A stretch of DNA of 64,000 bases, from contig NC_058368.1 of assembly GCF_018350175.1 (NCBI RefSeq), positions 116,066,001 through 116,130,000 of the forward strand. The letters are read 5' to 3'. This document shows, piece by piece, positions 26,381-35,850 of this stretch (its first letter is position 1; each line of letters begins with the position of its first letter). A model generated the notes under the pieces. It saw only the letters and a list, made by a program, of their open reading frames with translations, was not told the DNA's origin and did no database searches. The translations under genes were made by a program, and so were the position numbers. Origin of the DNA: Felis catus (taxonomy: Eukaryota).

Positions 26381-27004
26381 TGCTTTGGGGAAAAGGAGGG
26401 AGTGAATTGGGATCTCAGTGGACCTGTTGGGGTAGGTGAAATCTGAGCAGAGTCCTGAGGGGTGGGGACTAATCTCCCTGCAGCGGCTGGGGGTTGGAAG
26501 AAGCTGAGAGAGGGGAAGAGGACCTCTGGAGAAGGGAGGGAGGAAAAAGGGACGTCTGCGGAAGGAGAGCATGAGCTTTGCGCTAGAGGTAAAGGAACGA
26601 CGACTGTTGGGTGACTGGACCGAGTGCTAGGGCTGTTGGGGGGGGGGCGGGGAAGTTTGGAGGATTAGGTTAGGACCGGTTAGGAAATATTTTTGAGTGC
26701 CCAGCTGAGGGTTTGTGTGCTGTGGGAGAGCCATTGAAGCGTTGGCTGGATTGGGGGTCGGGAGAACACTGGGATGGGGAGACACTGAGGGGGCTGTTGC
26801 GACAGCCTGGGAAAGAGGTGACCACACCTAGAACTCTGGTCTGATGGGATTCTGCGACCCCTGCTTAGGAAATATTTATAACGGGTGAGGACGAAAGCAC
26901 CCAGGTGCCTGCCTACACCCGAGCCATTGTTAGCAGATTGAAAAATCCTCAAAGAGAAGGGAAACACCCATTTGCAGTTCATTTTCTTATTCTCTCTCTG
27001 TCTG

Positions 27005-27119
27005 TCTTTTTTAAAGATTTTACTTTTCAAAGTAATCGCTACACCCTACGTGGGGCTTCAGCTTACAACCCCAAGGTCAAGAGTCGCTGGCTCTACTGAC
27101 TGATCTAGCCAGGTGCCCC
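27005..27119 (-). mobile_element. Short old-type CAN-SINE
   Basis: AAAGATTTTACTTTTCAAAGTAATC...CAGGTGCCCC. Confidence 0.78.
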
Positions 27120-27565
27120 TCTTGTCTCTTTAGACCAGATTTAATGGCTATGTGTGAGATTGCCTGTCTCATTAAGTGCGGAGGTTGTATTGTCCACAAC
27201 ACTTGGCCTTCAGAGGTTTCAGAGTATGGTACAAATGCCTCTGATTCCCAAAGTGAAACCCAACCCCCAAGTGATTGGTAGGAGAGTTAATGGGGGAAAT
27301 TTATTACAGGATAATCAATGCCCAAAACATGAAAATGGAACATTGGGGAAACTGAAAGGAGTCCCATGCTTTGTTAATTGTAGAACTAAGAGTTCGCCTT
27401 TCACATCTATTACCCTCAATTTGTGGGCTTCTCCATCTAAGGCTGTTTAAGTGTTAATTGGATGTTTGTCTTAATTTCCTGAGAAACAAGAAGTTTTGAT
27501 TATTGAAAAGGAATGATTTGGTGATGTATGGTTTTTCCCAGCTCTGAAATTTACTAATTCTGTGA

Positions 27566-27566
<1 letters not shown>

Positions 27567-27606
<40 letters not shown>
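27567..27606. repeat. (CA)n microsatellite
   Basis: Read directly from the sequence. Confidence 0.95.
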
Positions 27607-27608
<2 letters not shown>

Positions 27609-27624
27609 TAGCACTGCCATCCTT

Positions 27625-27814
27625 TATTATTTTAAGTTTATTATTTTGAGAGATTGCTCACACAAGCAGGAGAGGGACAGAGAGAGGGAGAGAGAGAATC
27701 CCAAGGTGACAGTGCAGAGTCGGACATTCGGCTCAAACCCACGAACCGTGAGATAGTGCCCTGAGCCGAAATCAGGAGTCTGGGCCCTAACTGACTGAGC
27801 CACCCAAGTGCCCC
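27625..27814 (-). mobile_element. CAN-SINE
   Basis: GA run and GAGCCACCCAAGTGCCCC end. Confidence 0.82.
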
Positions 27815-29353
27815 ATTTTATACGAAACCTTAACAACTTATGTTTTCTGGAAGGACATGAAATGACTGAGCCTTGCTACCAATTTGTTTTGTGTATGTTT
27901 GCTGCAGAAAATAGAATTGGACCTCCAGGGATCCTGTCCAGTAAAAAGTGGTTTCGGGAACTGCGGAGAACTTGGGAAGGTGGCCGCAGCTGGTTTGTGT
28001 ATAAATGTAGAAACCAGCACAGCACTCAAGGGAGGGCAAATCCAGAGTGGTGGCACCTGGGGAAAATAAACTTCACTTCAGATCAGTGACTTCATTCTCT
28101 GTAAAAGAAGGCTTAAGATAGGTCACCTGAGCAATGGCTGTTTATCACGCATTAGCATGTACTGAAGAGTTTTTCCTTATGATATTACAAGTGGTAGGGC
28201 TTGTTATGATAGTGACTTTTAAAGGTCTTTACAGGAGTCCCATGCTTTACAAGAATCTCTGGAGGTTAGATTTCTTGGCCACTTTTTTAAACCGTTGTTA
28301 ACCATTTTCTAAATCTCTTCAAAAGTATTTGAACCAGCCAACTAATCATGCTTCCTTTGGAAAGAAACAGCCCCCAACCCCCAAACACTATAACTATGTG
28401 CTGTCAGGGCGGTTAAGTAGGCCAAGAGTTTTGGGAAATTTTCCACTATCATTCACCCGTACCACCCCCACAAGTTTTCCCATTGGTAGAGAGTATGACT
28501 TCATTGTCAGGAAAAAAAGGTTTGTGTATTTCCCTAAACATAAGCTATGATAGCTCCCAGGGCTGGCTGTTCCTGTGTTGAAGAACAGGAATGCTCTCCT
28601 TTAAGGGGCTCTCAGCCAAAGTAAGAAGTAGGGCTGGGGTATAGGCCAGAGACTGAGCCAAGGAGAATTCTCAGTCCTTGGCCTTTGTCACCCAAGGCCC
28701 TGGGCAGGGCCCACCGTTCTTGGGATGGTAACATTCCTCGACCTTGAAACGGGATAATGGTTAGTACTCCCTTCCCAGATACCAAGGAGAATTAATGAGA
28801 GGCTTACATGAAATTAATGTAATTAATTCATTACTTACATTGATGCTCCTCCAAAGCATCAATGTAAGCTCCTCCAAAGCTGAATTTTTTTCTTCTCCAC
28901 AAGCCGAGAGGTGACAGCGAGGCTAAGGGAAGTCTCCCCGAACTGTTGACAAGCTCCCGTATTTATTAGGTATATGTTATAGGGAAAACATTGCGCAATA
29001 TGTCAGGGGCTACATGCCAGTAAGAACTTATAGAAAGCGTGCAAGGAAACAAGGCATTCCCAAGAGTACAAAAGAGATATTCCATAGATAACATGGTCTC
29101 AGGAATTCCTGAGCACAGGCAGGACCCAGTCCCTAAATATGCCTTAACTAGATAGTGGTCAGGTGTCCTCTGCAGGGCCAGAGAGCAGTGTAATGTGTTT
29201 CCTATAATCTCCTTAACCAGGACATAGCTATTTGATTTCCTACATATCCCTCTTTTTTTTTTTTTTTTTTTTTTAAAGAATCTTGTTCATGGGAGTTGAG
29301 GAGGGCAATCTGTTGTCATTCATGATGTCTCGAGGAGGCCACTATGGTGTAGA

Positions 29354-29590
29354 TCATTTGGAGGGCTTAGCCAAGTTTTGAGAAACCACAGCTAGATATG
29401 CTAAAAACCTGTTTTCTGGGTTTGGTGGCCCTCTGCCATGGCACGTTACTTTGGTTACATGTTGATCGAGCTTCTTAAGTTGTCCCCAGGTGACATCATT
29501 TGCCTTGGTCACTTGTGGGCATAGTCTCCACTGTTGTCCAGGATGAGGTCTATCCGAAGTCCAGACAATGTCCCATTTTTTCCTGAACAT
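29354..29590 (-). pseudogene. Rec-like / Env-signal-peptide ORF of the ERV retrocopy (78 aa, frame open)
   Basis: MFRKKW...TKANDVTWGQLKKLDQHVTKVTCHGRGPPNPENRFLAYLAVVSQNLAKPSK aligns by eye with the recalled HERV-K Rec/Env leader [45 protein letters not shown]. Confidence 0.75.
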
Positions 29591-29667
29591 GTCGATTCTG
29601 CCACCTAAAAATCTTCCTCTCAAAGCTATCACTTTCACTTTAGGGTCACCAATTTCGGGTTTGGCTT

Positions 29668-29685
29668 ATCACGTCAGGGTCACCA
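29668..29685 (-). other. Retroviral primer-binding site, tRNA-Trp type
   Basis: TGGTGACCCTGACGTGAT, a 17/18 match to the tRNA-Trp PBS TGGTGACCCCGACGTGAT (the mismatch is a CpG>TpG change), 2 nt after a U5-terminal CA. Confidence 0.85.
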
Positions 29686-29761
29686 GTTGTGGGTTCAGCT
29701 TTTGGCTTTGTCCAGCAAAGCCAAAGATGGCAAAAAGGATTACTCAAGACTTCACAAGTCA

Positions 29762-29973
29762 GGGGGCGCCTGGATGGCTCAGTCAGTTAAGCGTCCGACT
29801 CTTGGTTTCAGATCAGGTCACGATCTCGAGGTTCATGGGATCAAACCCTGCTTCCGGCTCTGTGCTGATAGTGTAGAGCCTGCATGGGATTCTCCCCCCC
29901 ACTGTCTCTGCCCCTTCCCTGCTTGCGCTGTCTCTCAAAATAAATAAACTTAAAAAAAAAATTTTGAAAAAAA
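29762..29973 (+). mobile_element. CAN-SINE inserted in the R/U5 of the ERV retrocopy
   Basis: TSD AAGACTTCACAAGTCA (29746-29761) / AAGACTCCACAAGTCA (29974-29989). Confidence 0.92.
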
Positions 29974-32144
29974 AAGACTCCACAAGTCAAGAGAGGTGAG
30001 ACGGAGACTAAGGGGAGTCTCCCTGAGCTGCTCTCCCTGAAAATTGTAATTCTTGGATGAACGGATGTTTTGAGATTAGTGAAATAAAAAAGAGATGGAC
30101 ATTCTAAATTTTTGTGAAAGCCTCATTCAAACTCTAAGGTGTTTTTATTATTTTTTTTTCCTGGGGTATTTAGGCTTATCAGTACACTTATAATCAAGAT
30201 CTGGAGGCCTGAGGGTAAACTCCATGTTTGTGTTTGATAAGGAAATAATTTCAAATGGTTCCCCACTCTTTTCTGCTTCCCTTAGAGTGCCTGGAATAAA
30301 CCAGTAACCTAGCCGGGTGTGGAGCTTTCTGGAGCTTTTTCTATCCAATATCCTTTCAACTCTAAAGGCGTTAGTTATTAAGTTCATCAGAGGTAAAAGT
30401 GGATAATAATGCTCCCTAAATTAAATGAGGAGTGAAATAGTCATCTTTTAAAATTCCCGTGTTCTGTGTCAGTCCGTTGGTCCTCTTACTCAGTCAGACA
30501 CCGACATGCTTGCTGATGTGCCCAGGGACTCTGTAGAACTATAATATCCATCTCTTAGACTTCTGGCATTTGTTGACTAGGCATGAGGGGAATTCTGACC
30601 GGAGAGGCTTGTTTTTCTCAGGCAGCGCTTGGCCAAGGCTGCTAATGGGCTTGGCTATAAAGTGGGAGTCAGCAATTAAACAGCAGCATAGAAGCGAGGG
30701 GATTGGGCATGAGTTGACCCTCCGGCCAAAAAGGTTCACACTACTTGGTGTGCTGTTTACAAAGGACTCTTCCAAAGGAAATGAACTCGCTGACTTCTTA
30801 AGTAGGTTTTAGGAGACATAGGTGGAATATTGGTATTGATTGTAGGCTTCAGAACCAGTTAGGAAACTGGATGGATCCTCATTTCTAAAGCCAGGAAGAC
30901 AAATGGTTTGAATCTAGTCTCTATGGACAGCAAGCCTGTGGTATGATTTTGCCGAAAGCAAGGGATGATTTATATTTTTGTGAACCCTTTCAATTAAAAG
31001 GTTTAAGGGAGTGTTGGTAGTCATGGTGGGAGGAGAGTTTGATCTGAGTTTACTCCCTGGGGAGTAATGCTGTATTCATAGTGCCTATCTTTAGTTCTCC
31101 AGTTTATGCTGAAAGAATCATTAGTCCCCAGAGAGTTGTTCCAAAAAATACATCATTACTGAAAACTATCAGACCACGTGCTCATTGTGCAAAGAAAGAT
31201 AGGGATGGGGAACAATTAACTGTAAAGTTATTTGGGAAGGCGACCACCTGGGAGGAGGTGCTAGACTTCTGCCACTTGACATTGTTGATGCCGCCTACAG
31301 TACTTAACCAGTCAGCTTTCAGTGTCAGGACCTGGGGCAGGATCATTTGGGGAGCATATGTCAACTCACAACTTCGAGATCACGAGTGCTGTGTTCCACT
31401 GAGTGAGCCAGCTGGGCGCCCTGTCCTTATCTTGACTATTGTAAATAATGCTGCAGTAAACATAGGGGTGCATTTATCTTTTCAAATTAGTTTTTAGTTG
31501 GTTGGTTGGTTTGGTTTGGTTTTCTTTGGGTAAATACCCAGTGGTGGAATTACTGGATCATATGGTAATTCTCTTTTTGCCTTGAGGAACCTCCATACTG
31601 TTTTTCACAGTGGCTGTACCAGTTTATATTCCCACCAAGAGTACACAAGGGCTCCTTTCCACATCCTCACCCCCACTTCTTGTTACTTGTCTGATTCCAG
31701 CCATTCTGATGGGTGTAAGGTGCTGTTTGTTTGTGGTTTTGATTTGCTTTTCCCTGATAATTAGTGACGTTGAGCATCTTTTCATGTGTCGGCCATCTGT
31801 ATGTCGTCTTTGGAAAAATGTCTGTTTAGATCCTCTGCCCATTTTTTAATTGGATTTGTTTTTCTGCTGTTGAGTTGTATAAGATTGATCTGTCTATATA
31901 TTTTAAAGATCTTTATATTTTGGATATTAACCCCTTATTGGATCAATCATTTGCATGTATCTTCTCCCGTCAGCAGGTTTTGTTGATGGTTTCTTTTGTT
32001 GTGCAAAAGCTTTTTATTTTGGTGTAGTCCCAATAGTTTAATTTTGCTTTTGTTTTCCTTGCTTGAGGAGACGCATCATAGAAAAATGTTCCTATGACCA
32101 ATGTCAAATAAATTACTGCCTTAAAAAAAATAATAAAAAATTTA

Positions 32145-33035
32145 GGGGCACCTGGGTGGCTCAGTAGGTTAAGTGTCCCAACTTCGGCTCAGGTCATGAT
32201 CTCAGTTTGTGAGTTCGAGCCCTGTGTTGGTCTCTGTGCTGATAGCTTAGAGCCTGGAGCCTGCTTTGTATTCTCTGTCTTTCTCCCTCCCTCTCCCTCC
32301 CCCTCCCTCCCCTCTCCCTCTCTCCCTCCCTCCCTCTCCCTCTCTCCCTCCCTCCCTCCCTCTCCCTCCCTCCCTCCCTCCCTCCCTCTCCCTCCCTCCC
32401 TCCCTCCCTCTCCCTCCTTCTCCCTCCCTCCCTCCCTCTCCCTCCTTCTCCCTCCCTCCCTCTCCCTCCTTCTCCCTCCCTCCCTCCCTCCCTCTCCTTC
32501 TCCCTCCCTCTCCCTCCTTCTCCCTCCCTCTCCCTCCCTCCCTCCCTCCCTCTCCCTCTCCCTCCCTCCCTCCCTCTCCCTCTCCCTCCCTCCCTCTCCC
32601 TCCCTCCCTCCCTCCCTCTCCCTCCCTCCCTCTCCCTCCCTCCCTCCCTCCCTCCCTCTCTCTCCCTCCCTCCCTCCCTCCCTCCCTCCCTCTCTCTCCC
32701 TCCCTCCCTCCCTCCCTCCCTCTCCCTCCCTCCCTCCCTCTCTCTCCCTCCCTCCCTCCCTCTCCCTCCCCTCTCCCTCCCCTCTCCCTCCCCTCTCCCT
32801 CCCCTCTCCCTCCCCTCTCCCTCCCCTCTCCCTCCCCTGTCCCTCCCTCCTTCCTCCCCTCTCCTTCCCTCCCTCTCCCTCCCTCCCTCCCTCCCTCTCC
32901 CTCCCTCTCCCTCCCTCTCTCTCCTTCTCTTCCCCTCTCGCCCCCTCTCGCCCCCTCTCGCCCCCTCTCGCCCCCTCTCTCCTCTGCCCCTACTCATGTT
33001 CTCTTTGTCTCTCAAGAGTAAACATTAAAAAAAAA
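32145..33035 (+). mobile_element. CAN-SINE with massively expanded internal CT tract
   Basis: Normal head 32145-32277, pyrimidine tract to ~32980, then the normal CTCTGCCCCTACTCATG...A tail. Confidence 0.9.
32278..32980. repeat. (CCCT)n/(CT)n polypyrimidine-polypurine low-complexity tract
   Basis: 32278-32939 is C/T only apart from one G (32839); followed by (CCCCCTCTCG) repeats. Confidence 0.97.
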
Positions 33036-35000
33036 TATTGCATATGTTTTCTTTTAGTTTTATGGTTTCTGGTCTCACATTTAAGTCTGTAATCCACTTT
33101 GAGTATTTTTGTGTATGGTAATAAGAGATTGGTCCAGTCTCCTTCTTTTGCATGTAGCTGTCCAGTTTTCCCAGCACCAAAAGACCAGACAGTCTTTTCC
33201 CCATTGTATATTCTTGCCTCTTTTGTCGTAGATTAATTGACCATATAAGCGTTTGTTTCTGGGTGGATGCAGTTTTTTTGTTTTGTTTTGTTTTGTTTTT
33301 AACTCATGAGTATCTTACACTACTTTGAGCCCCTTGTCGTCCTCATACACAGTAGCTCTTTGTGGATGTTAGTGACGGAAATCTTGGAGTTACCTAGCAT
33401 TTGTTGTTGGCCTTGATGTCTGTGGCTCTAAAGTTACAAAGCTGAAGAAAGGAGGGGAGAGACGTCGCTGCCTCGGGACGGTAAGGTCTGGTCGGGCAGC
33501 CCGCGTTGGCACATGGCAGGCAGCAGAGTCTCTTGCTGGTGTGAAGGGAGATTCCCTCCTGCCCATTAAGAGGCGCCCCACAGCTCTGGCTAGGCTGCTG
33601 CTTTTCTCAGAGGGTCATGAGAGCCCGCTAATGGCAGAGCAAAGCCCTGACTGGCCTGGTAGCCGGCAGGAACCAGGAGTGCTTAGTTAAATTGCCAGCA
33701 CATTAAGCTGTAGGGGCCTCTTTCTGAGCCATCAGGATTTCAGGTTTCCCACAAAGCCTAATCTAATGCTCTGGGAGGGGGCAGGGGAGCCAGTCTTTCT
33801 GGGGCTGTGCTGGTGGGGAACCTGGCCTGGGAAGTGGCCTTGTCAGGCTTGTTGAGAGGGATGGACCTGTCCCTTTTTAGTGTGTCCTCTCAACTTGGCA
33901 GGGGGCAGAGCTGGGCTCTTTTCCCTCTCTCCCGCTATAACCTATCCTTTCATGTCCCCAACTCACTTTCTGTGTTAATAGCTTTTCTCCTCTTTTTCTG
34001 TCCCTTCTGTTCACTGCCGCTTTCTCTTTCCATGCTCCCTCTTGCTGGGCCTCATTTTCTCTCCATTGTCACTTTGAGGGCTGGCTATTTGAAGTTCCGG
34101 GAGTTACAATGCTGTCCCATATGTCCCAGTGACTAGATTTAATTCAGAGGTCCCCAACCTTTTTTTCTGAGGAGGAGCCAACCTTTACTTCCCCACTGGC
34201 TTTCAGATAGCATCTTAGCTCGGTTACTGACCAGACTCCCTGAGCTGAGTGGTTGGGTGAGGTGGAGGTGTCTTTTCCCCACTTGGGGGGCCCAGTGGTG
34301 TGGGGAGGGAGTTGTCAGGATTTGCTGGCGTTGTTGGGAGCTATCACACAAGCTGAGGTCCACCCTTGGGGAGTCCTTCGAGAAGCTGAAGGCAGAAGTA
34401 AATCCTACATCCAGGCAGACCTGTGGTTTCTGCGGAGAACCGTATATGAGCAATAAAGGCTGGAAAGGGGGTCCTTGGCGAGGCGATCCTGGAAGCCATG
34501 AGACCATTTGCAGCTGTGGATTCTGCTCGGGAGCTGGGGTTTTCCATGTGGCAACTGGAACAGAGTGTTTTCTCACTGGTAGTTTAGATGGTTGTTGGAA
34601 GCGTGGCTTTCCGTTTAGTGAGTTAGGAGATGGATTCTTTTCTCCTAAAAGCCATGTGGCAGACTTTGCCCAAAGATGATCAGCAGGGGTTTTAACTTTT
34701 ATTGTCAAATATGTGTGGAAATTACATATAACAAAAAAGTACAGTTGAATGAATAATTATATTCATTAATATAACTGTAATGTATTCAAGTTTAGAAATA
34801 GAACTTTATTTTTAAACCCAAATGGGGTAATAGAATGCGTTGTGTTGCAATTTGCTGTTTTGAGTCTGTCGGCGTTTTTCCATATCAGCACATGTAATTC
34901 TGCCTCATTCTTAAAGGCCAAATAGTGATGCCAGGGTTTGGAAGTTCCATGGTTTATTTAACCATTCCCATATTGGTGGCCCTTTGGGATGTTATACATC

Positions 35001-35011
35001 GTGTGTGTGTG

Positions 35012-35083
<72 letters not shown>
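35001..35083. repeat. Compound (TG)n(GA)n microsatellite
   Basis: Read directly from the sequence. Confidence 0.95.
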
Positions 35084-35085
<2 letters not shown>

Positions 35086-35617
35086 GTTATATAGCTATTA
35101 TAAATAAATGCTGTAATATCTGTGGAGGGGGTATGAAGTTGTGTGCATTCAAAAATTTTTTTTTGCATTCCAGAACTAGTATATTTCTGTAAGATAAATT
35201 CCTAAAGGATGAATTGCTGGTTCGAAGGATAGGGTGTTGTTACTTATTAAAGGTTTCACTTAAAAACATGCCTTTATTGAGGAATATGTAAGAGAACAGA
35301 ATCATCACTCTGTAAAAAGAAAGGATGTTTCCTCCAAACATTAGGGAGGAATGGTATACCAATGCCTAGACAGCTTAGGTAGGCTATTTTAGTTGTCGAT
35401 AGATGTTTTCATGTAGCAATTATTTTTTTAATGGCTGTTTAGTAAGTGTTGATGTTAGATTTTATAGAGCAACAAGTATGGATCCAGCAAGAGGTTCTTT
35501 ATAGAAAGCTTTATACAAAAAAATGTTATCGGGTGCTATGTTACCTCTCTGGAGGGGAACTTCTCTGGATTTTCTCAAAGTCTCCCAGGCTGGCTGAATG
35601 CTAAAATAGGCATACCA

Positions 35618-35850
35618 GGGGCGCCTGGGTGGCTTGGTCGGTTAAGCGTCCGACTTCGGCTCAGGTCATGATCTCGCGGTCTGGTCTGTGAGTTCGAGCC
35701 CCGCGTCGGGCTCTGTGCTGACAGCTCAGAGCCTGGAGCCTGTTTTGGATTCTGTGTCTCCCTCTTTCTCTGCTCCTCCCCTGTTCATGCTCTGTCTCTC
35801 TCTGTCTCAAAAAAATAAATAAACGTTAAAAAAAAATAGAAGAAAAAAAA
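35618..35850 (+). mobile_element. CAN-SINE
   Basis: TSD TAAAATAGGCATACCA / TAAAATATGCATACCA. Confidence 0.92.

Larger units (their letters stand above)
28895..30036 (-). mobile_element. Retroposed spliced transcript of a class II (betaretrovirus-like) ERV: R-U5 / PBS / rec-like ORF / PPT / U3-R
   Basis: On the minus strand: R-U5 30036-29688 ending in CA, PBS 29685-29668, short ORF, PPT (A-run + GAGGGA, ~29274-29247), then an LTR starting TGTAGG at 29244. The ~50-nt R sequence appears at both ends (29978-30030 vs 28895-28945). There is no 5' U3 and no 3' U5. Confidence 0.85.
31425..33265 (-). mobile_element. L1 fragment (ORF2 3' region) interrupted by a CAN-SINE at 32145-33035
   Basis: Minus-strand ORF remnants [19 protein letters not shown]...HLTPIRMA are typical of the L1 ORF2p C-terminus. 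Confidence 0.88.

Noticed and set aside
25887..26572. 172-aa and 197-aa ORFs in the CpG island
   Set aside because: Stop-poor GC-rich sequence, non-ATG or weak starts, and no recognisable protein.
32194..33092. Long ORFs of 251-298 aa (Pro/Ser/Leu-rich and Arg/Glu/Gly-rich)
   Set aside because: They are translations of the stop-free CT microsatellite inside a SINE.
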